Shown here one piece after another: positions 10,591 through 22,246 of a stretch of 64,000 bases of DNA. The stretch is from an uncultured delta proteobacterium (GTDB taxonomy: Bacteria; Desulfobacterota; Desulfuromonadia; Desulfuromonadales; JACZKF01). The DNA lies in the NCBI GenBank assembly GCA_963816395.1, contig CAWFKQ010000008.1:96001-160000 (forward strand). The letters run 5' to 3'. The notes below the pieces were generated by a model, which was not told where the DNA came from, ran no database searches, and saw only the letters and a list, made by a program, of their open reading frames with translations. Within the stretch, counting starts at the first letter, position 1, and each line of letters opens with the position of its first letter. The position numbers and the translations under genes are program-made.

Positions 10591-11790
10591 ATGTCTGCTG
10601 CACCACAGGTTCTCTCCGTCTCCCGGCTGACTGCCCTGCTGCGGGAAGTGGTGGAGGATAATTTCTTCCAGGTCCTGGTCGAGGGGGAAATCTCCAATTT
10701 CACCGTCGCTGCCTCCGGACACTGGTATTTCTGTTTGAAAGACGCAAACGCCCAACTCCGGGGGGTGATGTTCCGTACCCAAAGCCGGCTTCTCCCCTTT
10801 CGCCCGGAGAACGGCATGCACGTGATTGCCGGTGGCCGCCTCTCCATTTATTCGCAGCGCGGCGAGGTGCAGCTGATTGCCGATGTCCTGGAGCCGCAGG
10901 GGATCGGCAGCCTGCAGCTGGCATTTGAACAGTGCAAGGCCCGGCTGGCGGCAGAAGGGCTGTTCGACCCCGGGCGTAAGCGGTCCCTGCCGCCCTTCCC
11001 GCGCCGCATCGGGGTGGTCACCTCCGCCAGCGGGGCGGCCATTCACGATCTGCTCAACGTCCTCCGCCGCCGCTATGCCGGGGTGCGGGTGCTGCTGCGG
11101 CCGGTGCGGGTGCAGGGGGAGGGAGCGGCCGGCGAAATCGCCGAGGCGATCGCCGACCTCAACCGGTACGGAGGGATCGACGTGCTGATCGTTGGCCGCG
11201 GCGGCGGTTCCATGGAGGATCTCTGGGCCTTCAACGAGGAGATCGTAGCGCGCGCCATTCATGCCTCGGCCATTCCGGTGATCTCCGCAGTCGGCCACGA
11301 GGTCGATTTCACCATCGCCGATTTTGTTGCCGACCTGCGGGCTCCGACCCCGAGCGCCGCCGCCGAGTTGGTCGTGAAGAGCCGTCTGGAGCTGGAAAAC
11401 CACCTCGATCACCTGACCCAGCGCCTGGGGCACCGGCTGCGCGGCTGCCTGCGCCTGCTGGCGGAGCGGGTCAACAATCTGGACCGGCGCCTCCTCTCGC
11501 CGCGGCAGAAGCTGATCGACTGGCAGCGCCGGCAAGAGGAGTTGACCCGCCGGCTGCAGCTGGCCATGGAGCACCGCAGACAGCAGGCCGGGGGGCACCT
11601 GGCCACCCTGGCCGGCCGCCTGGATGCCCTCTCGCCGCTACGCACCCTGGAGCGGGGATATGCCATCGCCTTTGCCGAAAAGAGCGGCCGGGCTGTCCGC
11701 GATGCGGCAGAAATTGCCGTCGGCGACCACCTGCGTCTGCGCTTCTCCCGCGGCGGTGCCCGGGCCCTGGTTGCGGAGGTGGAGGAATGA
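10591..11790 (+). CDS. xseA: Exodeoxyribonuclease VII large subunit
   Basis: VEGEISNF..SGHWYFCLKD, IGVVTSASGAAIHD, RGGGSMEDLWAFNEE, LSPLRTLERGY. Confidence 0.96.
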   Translation: MSAAPQVLSVSRLTALLREVVEDNFFQVLVEGEISNFTVAASGHWYFCLKDANAQLRGVMFRTQSRLLPFRPENGMHVIAGGRLSIYSQRGEVQLIADVLEPQGIGSLQLAFEQCKARLAAEGLFDPGRKRSLPPFPRRIGVVTSASGAAIHDLLNVLRRRYAGVRVLLRPVRVQGEGAAGEIAEAIADLNRYGGIDVLIVGRGGGSMEDLWAFNEEIVARAIHASAIPVISAVGHEVDFTIADFVADLRAPTPSAAAELVVKSRLELENHLDHLTQRLGHRLRGCLRLLAERVNNLDRRLLSPRQKLIDWQRRQEELTRRLQLAMEHRRQQAGGHLATLAGRLDALSPLRTLERGYAIAFAEKSGRAVRDAAEIAVGDHLRLRFSRGGARALVAEVEE

Positions 11791-12671
11791 GCCGGTTGCT
11801 GCTCTGCCTTCTCCTGCTGTTGCCTTCGGCCGCTCTGGCCGCCGGGGAAATCTCCCTGGAGCCGTCGGCCATCGGCAGCGGCGGGGTTTGTCTGCTGCAC
11901 TGGCACGGTGCGCCGCCCGCCCGCGCCACAGTGCGCTTTCACGGAAGGGAATTTTCCCTCTGGCCGGCTGGCGACGGCGCCTTCGCCCTGCTTGGCGCCG
12001 ACCTCGAGCTGGCGCCGGGCACCTACCCGGTGACGGTGACCGGGACCGACCGCCAGGGCCACGATTTCGCCTGCAGCCAGCCGTTGCAGATCCGGGCCGT
12101 CGAACGGCCGGAGGAGCGCCTGAGCCTGCCGTCGGAAATGGTCTCGCCCCGGGATCCGGCGACCGTGCGGCGCATCATCCGGGAGCAGAAGATGCTGCAA
12201 CAGCTGTTCTCCGCCCCGGCTACTCCGCCGCTCTGGGACGGCTTCATGCGGCCGGTCGACAGCCGGCTGGGGAGCCGGTTCGGCCTGCGGCGCATCCTCA
12301 ACGGGGAACCCCGCTCGCCGCACCCCGGCATTGACTTCCACAGCCCGCGGGGAACGCCGGTGCGCGCGGCCGGCCGCGGCCGGGTGGTATTCGCCGGCGA
12401 GCTCTACTTTACCGGCCGGACGGTGATCCTCGATCACGGCGCCGGGCTCTACTCCCTCTATGCCCACCTGGAGCGGATGGCCTGCCGGTCCGGCGACCTG
12501 CTCGCGCGGGGGAGCATCCTGGGGAAGGTGGGAAGCACCGGGCGGGCTACCGGACCGCATCTGCACTGGGGATTCAAGCTGACCGGCGACCGGATCGATC
12601 CACTGGCCCTGTTGCAGATGTTTCCTATCGGCAAGGGCCTTGACTCCCCTCCGGGTGGAGGGAATAATTAA
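11787..12671 (+). CDS. M23 family metallopeptidase
   Basis: HPGIDF, ILDHGAGLYSLYAHL, GSTGRATGPHLHW. Confidence 0.92.
   Translation: MSRLLLCLLLLLPSAALAAGEISLEPSAIGSGGVCLLHWHGAPPARATVRFHGREFSLWPAGDGAFALLGADLELAPGTYPVTVTGTDRQGHDFACSQPLQIRAVERPEERLSLPSEMVSPRDPATVRRIIREQKMLQQLFSAPATPPLWDGFMRPVDSRLGSRFGLRRILNGEPRSPHPGIDFHSPRGTPVRAAGRGRVVFAGELYFTGRTVILDHGAGLYSLYAHLERMACRSGDLLARGSILGKVGSTGRATGPHLHWGFKLTGDRIDPLALLQMFPIGKGLDSPPGGGNN
12640..12668 (+). promoter_or_regulatory. Putative sigma-70 promoter for xseB-ispA-dxs inside the 3' end of the M23 gene
   Basis: TTGACT-17 nt-AATAAT. Confidence 0.45.
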
Positions 12672-12692
12672 CAGGAATTCAAGAGGAAGAAG

Positions 12693-12923
12693 ATGGCAGA
12701 AGAGAAGGAATCATTCGAGGCGGCCCTGCAGGCATTGGAAGAAGCGGTTGCCTGCCTGGAACAAGGGGATCTTCCCCTGGAGAAATCGCTGCAGTGCTTC
12801 GAGGCGGGGGTGAAGAACGCCACCCTCTGCCGGCAATACCTGCAGGCGGTGGAAGCCCGGGTGGAAATGCTGCTGAAGGACCGTGACGGCACCTTGCGGG
12901 TAGAAAATTTCGAAGAGGAATAG
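12693..12923 (+). CDS. xseB: Exodeoxyribonuclease VII small subunit
   Basis: SFEAALQALEEAVACLEQGDLPLEKSLQCFEAGV. Confidence 0.93.
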   Translation: MAEEKESFEAALQALEEAVACLEQGDLPLEKSLQCFEAGVKNATLCRQYLQAVEARVEMLLKDRDGTLRVENFEEE

Positions 12924-12925
12924 GC

Positions 12926-13818
12926 ATGGATCTGAAGAACTACCTGAAGGAGCGCCAGGGTCAGGTGGATGGTGCGCTTTCCACCTACCTGCCGGGGGAA
13001 GAAATCCTGCCCGCCAGCCTGCACCGGGCGATGCGCTATTCGGTTTTCGCCGGCGGCAAGCGCGTCCGCCCCATCCTGCTGATCGCCGCCTGCGAAGCGG
13101 TCGGCGGCGAGATCGCGCTGGCGCTGCCAGCCGCCTGCGCCATGGAGATGATCCATACCTATTCGCTGATCCATGACGACCTGCCGGCGATGGACGATGA
13201 CGATTTCCGGCGCGGCCGCCCCACCAACCACAAGGTATTCGGTGAGGCCACCGCCATTCTCGCCGGCGACGCCCTGCTCACCGAGGCCTTCATTCTCCTG
13301 GCCGACGGGGAGATCAACCGGCGGCTCGCCCCGGCGACCAGCCGCGAAGTCATACACATCATCGCCCGCGCCGCCGGTTCCCTGGGGATGGTGGGGGGGC
13401 AGGTGGTCGACATGGAATCGGAGGGAAAAGCGATCGATTTCCCCACCCTCGAGTACATCCATACCCACAAGACCGGCGCCCTGATTCTCGCCAGCATCCA
13501 GGCGGGGGCGAAAATCGGCGGCGCCGATGCGTCGCCGCCTATGCCGCCCTCTGCCAGTACGGGGCCGCCGCCGGCCTGGCCTTTCAGATCGCCGACGATA
13601 TTCTGGATGTGGTTGGGGAACAGGAGCTGATTGGCAAGGACGTGGGCAGTGATCAGGCCCGGGGCAAGGCAACCTATCCGGCCCTGCTCGGTCTGGAGGA
13701 GGCGCGCGCCCGGGCCGCCGAGTTGCGGGACCGGGCCGTCGCTGCCCTGGCGCCGCTGGGAGCGGCGGCCGAGCCGCTGCGGCAGATCGCCCACTACATC
13801 GTCGACCGGTCTTCTTAG
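12926..13818 (+). CDS. ispA: Farnesyl diphosphate synthase (geranyltranstransferase); frameshifted
   Basis: [40 protein letters not shown] in a shifted frame, GKATYP; classic xseB-ispA-dxs order. Confidence 0.92.
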
Positions 13819-13834
13819 AGAAAGGAAGCGGAGC

Positions 13835-15743
13835 ATGAGCGGTATTCTCGAAAATCTCGGTTCGACCGCCGAGCTCAAGAGGCTTTCCATCGCCGAACTG
13901 GAAACCCTGGCCGGAGAATTGCGGCAGACGATTATCGACACCGTCGCCCGCACCGGCGGGCACCTGGCCAGCTCCCTCGGGGTGGTGGAGCTGACGCTGG
14001 CCCTGCACCGGGTGTTCGATTCCCCCCGCGACCGGATCGTTTGGGACGTCGGCCATCAGGCCTACGCGCATAAACTGCTCACCGGCCGCCGCGAGCGCTT
14101 CCCCACTCTGCGGCAGCTGGGGGGGGTCAGCGGTTTTCCCAAGCGGCTGGAAAGTGAGCATGACTGCTTCGATGTCGGACATTCCAGCACCTCCATTTCC
14201 GCCGCACTGGGGATGGCCGCCGCTCGCGACACCCTGGGCGGCGAGGAAAAGATCGTCGCGGTGATCGGCGACGGCTCCCTCACCGCCGGACTGGCCTTCG
14301 AGGGGCTGAATCAGGCAGGGCACCTGAAGCGCGACCTGATCGTCATTCTCAACGACAATGAGATGTCGATCTCCCCCAATGTCGGGGCGCTCGCCTCCTT
14401 CCTCTCCCGCGCCATGACTTCCGATCTCTTCGTCCGCTTCCGCAAGGAGACGGAAAATCTGCTGTCCAATGTCCCGCGGTTCGGCCGCGACCTGGTGCAC
14501 CTGGCGCGGCGGGCCGAAGATTCGATCAAGGGTTTCTTTACCCCCGGCATGCTCTTCGAAGCTTTCGGGTTCGATTATGTCGGACCGCTCAACGGACATC
14601 GCCTGGAAGAGCTGATCCATACCCTGCAGAACGTCTCCCGGCTGAAGCGGCCGATTCTGGTGCACGTCATCACCCGCAAGGGGAAAGGGTATGCCCCGGC
14701 CGAAAAGGACCCGCCCCGTTATCACGGGGTCGGCCCATTCGATCCGGCGACCGGGGAAGTGCTTGGCGGCAAAGGGGAGGCGGCGAGTTATACCGCGATC
14801 TTCGGGCGAACCCTGGTGGAGATGGCGGAGCGGGATCCCAGGGTGGTCGCCATCACCGCCGCCATGCTCGAGGGGACCGGCCTGAAGGAGTTCGCCGACC
14901 GTTTCCCGCAGCGCTTCTACGATGTGGGAATCGCCGAGCAGCATGCCGTCACCTTCGCCGCCGGCCTGGCCTGCCGCGGCCTGCGGCCGGTGGTGACGGT
15001 CTATTCCACCTTCCTGCAGCGGGCCTACGACAACGTCCTGCACGACGTCTGTCTGCAAAATCTACCGGTTACCTTCGCCATGGACCGCGGCGGCCTGGTG
15101 GGGGCGGACGGCCCGACCCACCATGGGGTATTCGACTACTCTTATCTGCGGCATATTCCCAACCTGACCTTTATGGCTCCGCGCGACGAAAATGAACTGC
15201 GCCGGGCGATGGTGACCGCCCTGGGCGCCGCCGGCCCCTTCGCCTATCGCTATCCGCGGGGCAACGGCATCGGCGTTCCCCTGGAGGAGAATCCGCAGCC
15301 GTTGGCGATCGGCCGCGGCGAAAAGCTGCGCGACGGGCGCCACGGGGTGATTTTCGCCGCCGGCACGACCGCGGCGGCGGCGCTGCAGGCGGCCGAGATC
15401 CTGGAGGCCGAAGGGCTGTCGATGGCGGTGGTCGATCCCCGTTTCCTCAAGCCCCTCGACAGCGATCTGCTCACCGGCGAGGCGCGGCGCACCGGCTTGG
15501 TGGTGACCGTGGAGGAGAATGTCCTCGCCGGCGGCTTCGGCTCCGCCGTCCTGGAACTGCTGGCGGCGGCGGATCTCGCCGTTCCCTGTCTGCGCCTGGG
15601 GCTGCCCGATGCCTTCGTCGAGCAGGGGAGCCAGACGCAGCTGCGGGCCATGTACGGCCTGGATGCGGCGGGGATCGCCCGCCAGGTGCGCGAATTTATG
15701 GCCGGGCACCGGGCGGCCGATCCGAGACCGGGCCGTCCTGTAA
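13835..15743 (+). CDS. dxs: 1-deoxy-D-xylulose-5-phosphate synthase; exact stop uncertain because of an indel
   Basis: [58 protein letters not shown]. Confidence 0.95.
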
Positions 15744-15830
15744 GGTTGATTGCGCGCCCGGTCAGCCGGGTTCTGAAGTTTTGCCCAAGGAGGGGAGCGG
15801 CCGGCCGGAAGCCGCCGCTCGCAGTATTCG

Positions 15831-17634
15831 ATGGAAACCACATCCCTGGAAACTCTGCGCCGCGTCTTCGGCTACCAGGCGTTTCGTCCCCACCAGGAGG
15901 AGGTTGTCGCCGCCCTCCTGCGGGGGGAGGACGCGTTTGTGCTGATGCCCACCGGTGGCGGCAAGTCCCTCTGCTATCAGATACCGGCCCTGCAGCGGCC
16001 GGGAACCGGCATCGTCGTCTCCCCGCTGATTTCCCTGATGCAGGACCAGGTGGACGCCCTGCGCGCCAATGGCGTGCAGGCGGCCTTCTACAATTCCACC
16101 CTGGGCGCCGCCGATTCGCGCCGGGTGCTGGCCGATCTGCACGCCGGTCGCCTCGACCTGCTCTACGTCGCCCCGGAGCGGCTGATGAGCGAAGGCTTCC
16201 TGGAGCGTCTGCGGGAGGTGCCGATCGCCCTGCTCGCCATCGACGAAGCGCACTGCGTCTCGCAATGGGGGCACGATTTCCGCCCCGAGTACCTGGAACT
16301 CGGCCGGCTGCGCCAGCTCTTCCCGGCGGTGCCGCTGATCGCCCTGACCGCCACCGCCGACCCGCAGACCCGGCACGATATCCGCGAGCGCCTCGGGCTG
16401 ATGCGGGCCGCCTGCTTCGTGGCGGGCTTCGATCGTCCCAACATCCGCTATACGGTGGTCGAAAAGCAGAAGCCGCTGCAGCAGCTGATGACTTTCCTGC
16501 GTCCCCGGAAGGAGGAAGCCGGCATCGTCTATGCCCTGAGCCGCCGGCGGGTCGAGGAGGTGGCGGCCCGCCTGGCCGCCGCCGGCCTGGCCGCCGCCCC
16601 CTACCATGCCGGACTGGCCGATGGTGAGCGGCAGCGGGTGCAGGAGGCTTTCCGCCGCGACGAGCTGCAGATCGTGGTGGCCACGGTCGCTTTCGGCATG
16701 GGGATCGACAAGCCGAACGTGCGCTTCGTCGTCCATTACGATCTGCCGAAGAACCTCGAGAGCTACTACCAGGAGACCGGTCGGGCCGGGCCGCGACGGA
16801 CTGCCGGCCGAAGCCCTGCTCCTTTTCGGCTATGGCGACCTGACCCTGATCCGCCGTCTTATCGAAGGGGGCGCCAGCCCCGAGCAGAACCGCATCGAGC
16901 TGCACAAGCTCAGCGCCATGGTCGGCTTTGCCGAACCCCTGACCTGCCGCCGGCGGGTGCTGCTCTCCTACTTCGGCGAGCAGCGGCAGGAGGACTGCGG
17001 CAACTGCGATATCTGCCTCGACCCGCCGGAGCGCTACGATGCCACCGAAAACGCCCGCAAGGCCCTCTCCTGCGTCTACCGTGTGGGGCAGCGCTTCGGC
17101 ATCGGGCACGTCGTCGAAGTGCTGCGCGGCGCCGATAGCCGTCGGCTGCAGGATCTCGGCCATCACCGGCTCTCTACCTTCGGCATCGGCCGCGACCTCG
17201 GGGCCGAGGAATGGGGGAGCCTGCTGCGCCAGTTGATCCATCTCGGCTACCTGGAGCAGGACCTCGCCCGCTATTCCGTCCTGCGGCTGACGGCGGCGGC
17301 CCGTCCCCTGCTGCGCGGCGAGCGGCGGCTGGAGCTGGTCCGCCCCCGCCTGAAGCCACGGCCGGCGCGCGCGGCGCGAAGCGTCGGCGGGCGCACTTCG
17401 CCGGACTATCCACAGGAGTTGTTCCAGGCCTTGCGCGCCCTGCGCAAACGGATTGCCGAGCGGGAAGGGGTGCCTCCCTTCATCGTCTTCGGCGACGCCA
17501 CCCTGGCGGAAATGGCTGCCTGTCGCCCAGCCGACGAGGCGGCGCTGCTACGACTGAATGGGGTCGGACGGCATAAGCTGGCCCGCTACGGCGCGGAATT
17601 TCTGAGGGAAATCTCTACTTTCAAAACGGAGTGA
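15831..17634 (+). CDS. recQ: ATP-dependent DNA helicase RecQ; frameshift near 16790
   Basis: [36 protein letters not shown], the Zn motif CRR...CGNCDIC, and RQC and HRDC regions. Confidence 0.95.
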
Positions 17635-17645
17635 GGGCCGCTCGA

Positions 17646-18636
17646 TCAGGCGGATCGCCGGCCAGTGTCCGGCAGGGATTTGCCCCGCTTGAGCTGGTGG
17701 ATGATCCCTACCTTCTCCAGGGCCAGGACTGCATGATGGGCGAGTTGGATGAGGAAAGTGAGTTCGTGTTCGCCGAATTCGTCCCCCGGTCGATGGCCGG
17801 AAAGAACGACCAGGCCGATGGTTCGGCCATTTCGCTGCAAGGGAGCGGCCAGCAGTCCGGGGGCGGCCAGGAGGTGATCCAGTTCCCAGTCGCCGGTCTT
17901 GGCGGTCAGGGATTTGGGAAAGTCGGCCGGCACCAGCATCGGTTTGCCGTGCCGGGCCATGGCAACGGTCAGGCCGGCGAGGAATGCCGTCGGCGTAATG
18001 GCGGCAGGTTTCGTTGGAAATACCCTTGCCTGCTTTGAGGGAGAGCTTGCCGCCTTCGCGGTCGAAGAGGGCGAGGAAGCCGCGGGCGGCGTGCAATTCG
18101 GTAGTGGCGCAGGTGAGCAGTTCCATGAACAGGTCCTCGATGCCCTGTGTCGTGGCCAATCGCTCGATTGAACTGTTGAGCGACTTCAACATCTTGTGGG
18201 CACGCTGCAGAGACCGGTTCTGCCGCTCCAGTTCCAGCAGCAGTTGCTGATTCTCATGGCGCAGCTGGATCTGCCGGAAAGCTCGCTCCAAGGCATTGTA
18301 GAGGATCTCGCCGGTGTCTATCGGGCGGACGATAAAGTCATAGGCGCCGTTGCGCAGGGCCTGGAGCAGGTTGTAGGAGGAGGCATTGTGGGTGATCAGG
18401 ATCACTTCCACCTCCGGCGCCCGCTCCTTGATGGTTTTCAGCAGGAAAAGGCCGCTTTTGGAGGGAAGCTCGGTCTCGGTCAGCACCAGCGGGATATTTT
18501 CCCGCTGCAGCACTGTCAATGCCTCCTCGCAGGAAGCGGCTTCCAACACCCGGATACCTCCTTCTGCCAGCAGGCTCTGCAACTGGCTGCGCCGTTGGGC
18601 GGAATGGTCCACAACCAGCACCCGCTTTTCGATCAT
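17646..18636 (-). CDS. Response regulator: receiver domain, coiled coil and GAF domain; frameshifted
   Basis: KRVLVVDHS...ALRNGAYDFIVRP, then a GAF-like LLAAPLQRNGRTIGLVVLS...FGEHELTFLIQLAHHAVLALE. Confidence 0.75.
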
Positions 18637-18815
18637 CGGCCATCCTCCTGTTCCGCCTTTGCTGGCCGGAAGCTGATTAAATTAATTGATTCTGGATCAT
18701 AGTCTTTTCGCCAGCCCCGGGTCAACTATCCTGTCGCCTGAGCAGGAACAGAGACAGCAAGCCTTCGTCGCAACAGCCGGGAAAGGCTGAAATGAGGGGG
18801 AGATGGACGGATTAA

Positions 18816-19244
18816 TCAGGTGGTCGGCCGGACTTCAGCCTGCTGCTGCCGCAGCAGACTTTCCACGGCAACCTGCAGAGCCCGGGCGGTGAACGGTTTG
18901 GGGAGGTAGACTTGACCACCGGCAGCAAAGCCCTGGTTGAAGTCGAAGCCTTCGCGCTTGCCGGTGACGAAGGCTATCGGGATATGGCGTAATTCGCTGT
19001 CGGCCCGCATGCGGCGAGCCAGGGTAATGCCGTCGCAGCCGGGAAGGAGGACATCGAGCACCACCACATCCGGCCTCTCCCGGCGAATCAGATCGAAAGC
19101 CTTCTCTCCGTCATTCGTCGCAATCACTTCATAGCCCAATCTCTTCATGATCACCTGCTGCATTTCGAGAATGGAAGGATCATCCTCGACGAACAGGATT
19201 TTCCCCTTGGCCAAGCGCATTCCAGCCGCATTCGCAATAGACAT
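18816..19244 (-). CDS. Single-domain response regulator (CheY-like)
   Basis: ILFVEDD, PDVVVLDVLLPGCDG, YLPKPF. Confidence 0.88.
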   Translation of the reverse strand: MSIANAAGMRLAKGKILFVEDDPSILEMQQVIMKRLGYEVIATNDGEKAFDLIRRERPDVVVLDVLLPGCDGITLARRMRADSELRHIPIAFVTGKREGFDFNQGFAAGGQVYLPKPFTARALQVAVESLLRQQQAEVRPTT

Positions 19245-19400
19245 CCGTGTGCCCCCTCTGGATTAAAGTTAAAATAATATAACATGCAAAAACAAATTAA
19301 AAAAGACTTTTTTTCTGGAAACTGGCTTGCCTTTTCTTAAGGAAAAGAATCGCTTGCGCGAAGGATTGCCGGTAGATAATTTGGTGCAATTACCCAGATA

Positions 19401-19440
19401 GGGATTGTCAACCAGGTAATTGGATCAGGTTGACAATCCC
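19401..19440. promoter_or_regulatory. BirA (biotin repressor) operator
   Basis: Perfect palindrome GGGATTGTCAACC-N14-GGTTGACAATCCC, matching the TGTCAACC-N14/15-GGTTGACA BirA box, directly upstream of the bio operon. Confidence 0.88.
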
Positions 19441-19465
19441 TCGCCGGAATGCTAATTTCCCCGCC

Positions 19466-20266
19466 ATGGAAGAGTCCCTGTACAGTATCCGCATGCACGC
19501 CACCCGCGCCGGCCAGCACCTCTCCGGTGCTGAACGATTGGCGGGCGAAAAGACCCTGGAGAGCTTGGCCGCCACCCTGGTGCGGCGTGCCCTCGACCAC
19601 CCGCGGGGCCGCGCCGACCAACTGCGCCTGACGGTGGAAACCGTCGACCTGCGGCAGGTGCAGCGTGGTCGCCTTCCCGACCTGCGGACGGTGCCGGTGG
19701 CCGACTGGCGGGCTGGGCGGGCGGCTGCCGGCCGCCTGCTGGCCGAGGCCGGCGTCGCTCCTCGGGCGCTTGCCGCCGCCTTGACCGCGCTTGCCGCCGG
19801 CGCCGCACCGGGGGGCGTCAGCATGCGCGGGGCGATGCTGATCGATGCGCTCAGCGGCGAACGGCTGGAGGGGGATCCGGCGCGCGGCGTGCGGGTCAGC
19901 CGCGCCGATCTCACGCCGGCCGCCGAGCGGGAATTGCGGCAGGGACTGCGGCGCCTCGGTCTCGATAACCTGCATGTGCGCGAGGCCCTGGTGGTGGCCA
20001 CCAAGGTGCTGGCGGCCCCGGGCATCCTCGCTGAGCTGTGCTGGTCCGACGACCCCGGCTACACCGCAGGCTATGTGGCCACCCGGCGGCAAGGCTACAC
20101 CCGATTCCCCCACCTCAAGCCGGTGGGGGAGGAGCGCGGCGGCCGGGCCTTCTTCCTTTCCGGGGAGGGATTCGACCTGGAGCGGATCATGGACTTTCTC
20201 GAGCGGCAGGTGCTGCTCATCGATGCCGTCGGTGCCCTGCACGGCACGACGGTGGCGGAGGGATGA
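19466..20266 (+). CDS. bioW: 6-carboxyhexanoate--CoA ligase (pimeloyl-CoA synthetase)
   Basis: YSIRMHA..HLSGAERL, RGAMLID, RGVRVSRAD, EALVVATKV, AELCWSDDPGYTAGYVA. Confidence 0.9.
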   Translation: MEESLYSIRMHATRAGQHLSGAERLAGEKTLESLAATLVRRALDHPRGRADQLRLTVETVDLRQVQRGRLPDLRTVPVADWRAGRAAAGRLLAEAGVAPRALAAALTALAAGAAPGGVSMRGAMLIDALSGERLEGDPARGVRVSRADLTPAAERELRQGLRRLGLDNLHVREALVVATKVLAAPGILAELCWSDDPGYTAGYVATRRQGYTRFPHLKPVGEERGGRAFFLSGEGFDLERIMDFLERQVLLIDAVGALHGTTVAEG

Positions 20267-21444
20267 GTATGGAGGGCTGGCGCCATGAACTGACGCTGCT
20301 GGAGGCGCAGGGGATGCGGCGGGCGCTGCGGACCATCGACGGCCCGCAGGGGCCGCGGGTGTGCCTGGCCGGCCGGCAGGTGCTTCTGCTCTGTTCCAAC
20401 AATTATCTTAGTCTGGCCGATCATCCAGCACTGATCGAGGCGGCCCGGGAGGCCACCGCCCGCTATGGATTCGGCACCGGCGGCAGTCGCCTGATCTCCG
20501 GTTCCATGACTTTGCATGGCCGCCTGGAGGAACGCATCGCCGCCTTCAAGGGGACCTCCGGGGCACTTCTCTTCAACTCCGGCTACGCCGCCAACACCGG
20601 AGTCCTGCAGGCGCTGTTCGGTGCCGGCGATGTCATTTTTTCCGATGCCATCAACCACGCCAGCCTGATCGATGGCTGCCGTCTGGCGCGGGCGCGCACG
20701 GTGGTCTTCCCGCACGGCGACGCGGCCGCTCTGGAGGCGCTGATGGCGGCCGAGGCGCCGCGGCGGAAAGGGCGCTGGCTGATCGTTACCGACGGGGTGT
20801 TCAGTATGGACGGGGACCTGGCGCCGCTGCCGGCCCTGGTGCGGCTGAAGGAGAAGTTCGATGCCCTGCTGATGGTCGATGATGCGCACGGCACCGGCGT
20901 CCTCGGCGCCACCGGACGGGGGACCGCCGAGCATCTGGGGTGTCTCGCCGGGGTCGATCTGCACATGGGGACGCTGAGCAAGGCCCTGGGGGGCTTCGGC
21001 GCCTTTCTGGCAGCCGATCGGGCGGTCATCGACATGCTGGTCAACCGGGCCCGCTCCTTCATCTACTCGACCAGTCTGCCGCCGGCGGCTCCGGCGGCAG
21101 GTCTGGCCGCCCTCGACCTGCTGGAAGGGGAAGAGGGAGCGGCGCGGCGGCAGGCTCTGTGGCGCAACCGTGAGCTTTTCGCCGGCAAGCTGGCTGGCGG
21201 CGGCTGCGATCTGCTGGGAAGCGTAACGCCGATCATTCCCGTTCTTACCGGCGAGCCGGGGCCGACCATGGCGGCGGCCGACCGGCTGCTGGCGGCGGGG
21301 ATCTTCGTTCAGGGCATCCGCCCGCCGACGGTGCCGGCCGGCCGCTGCCGCCTGCGGGCGACGGTGATGGCCGACCACCAGCCGCAGGAGCTGGAGCGGG
21401 CAGCCGAACTTCTCCTGGGCGCGCTGGCGGCAGAGGGCGCATGA
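20263..21444 (+). CDS. bioF: 8-amino-7-oxononanoate synthase
   Basis: CSNNYL, NHASLIDG, VFSMDGD, VDDAHG, GTLSKALG, IRPPTVP. Confidence 0.95.
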   Translation: MSMEGWRHELTLLEAQGMRRALRTIDGPQGPRVCLAGRQVLLLCSNNYLSLADHPALIEAAREATARYGFGTGGSRLISGSMTLHGRLEERIAAFKGTSGALLFNSGYAANTGVLQALFGAGDVIFSDAINHASLIDGCRLARARTVVFPHGDAAALEALMAAEAPRRKGRWLIVTDGVFSMDGDLAPLPALVRLKEKFDALLMVDDAHGTGVLGATGRGTAEHLGCLAGVDLHMGTLSKALGGFGAFLAADRAVIDMLVNRARSFIYSTSLPPAAPAAGLAALDLLEGEEGAARRQALWRNRELFAGKLAGGGCDLLGSVTPIIPVLTGEPGPTMAAADRLLAAGIFVQGIRPPTVPAGRCRLRATVMADHQPQELERAAELLLGALAAEGA

Positions 21445-22246
21445 AGGAATTTCGTCTCGCGGACGGCCGTAGCCTGGCCTACCGGGAGGCCGGCGCCGGC
21501 CTGCCGCTTATTCTGCTGCACGGCTGGTCCATGTCCTCGTGCGGTTTTCACTGAGGCTTTGGCGGAGCTGGCGGAGGATTTCCGGGTGCTCGCCCCAGAC
21601 CTGCGCGGGCACGGCGGTTCGGCGCGGGCGGCCTGGCTACGGCTTTGCCGATTTTGCCGCAGATATCGGTAGCTGGATGGCCGGACTCGACTTGCGGCAG
21701 GCTGCGGTCGTCGGCTGGTCTCTGGGCGGGCAGGTGCTGCTGGAGCTGTTCGCCGCCGAGCGAGCGCGTATTTCGCGGATCGTGCTGCTGGCTGCTACCC
21801 CTCGTTTTACCGCCGGCCCGGAGTGGGAGGCGGGCCTTCCCGACGGGCAGGTGCGGGCTATGGCGCGCGATCTGCAGCGCCGCTACCTGAAGACGATGGG
21901 AGACTTCTTCGCCAGCCAGTTCGTCGGCGAGGCGGTGCCCCGCGAGCGTTACCGGCGGATCGTCGATTTTGCCGTGCGCAGCGGCCGCCTGCCCGAGCCG
22001 GCGGTCGCCCTGGCGGCCCTGGAGAGCCTGCGCACCGGCGACCAGCGGCAGCGGGTCGAGGAAGTCGACTGCCCGGCGCTGGTAGTGCACGGCGGCCTCG
22101 ATCGCATCATCCCACCCGCCGCCGGCCGCTGGCTGGCCGCGCATCTGCCGGCGGGGCGCCTGGCCCTGCTGCCGGAGGCAGGGCATGCGCCTTTTCTCAC
22201 CCGGCCGGAGGAGATTTTCAGGTTGTGGCGGGCTTTTCTGCGATGA
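21441..22246 (+). CDS. bioH: Alpha/beta hydrolase, BioH-like pimeloyl-ACP methyl ester carboxylesterase; frameshifts in the 5' part
   Basis: LILLHGW, DLRGHG, GWSLGG nucleophile elbow, GHAPF; lies between bioF and bioC. Confidence 0.8.

Noticed and set aside
12668..15058. Long antisense ORFs (also 6357-8018, 25701-27623, 42631-44541)
   Set aside because: Shadow ORFs opposite well-identified genes in high-GC DNA, with no recognisable motifs.
13631..16627. 998-aa ORF suggesting a Dxs fusion protein
   Set aside because: The tail is an out-of-frame reading of recQ; the dxs stop was probably lost by an indel near 15700-15745.
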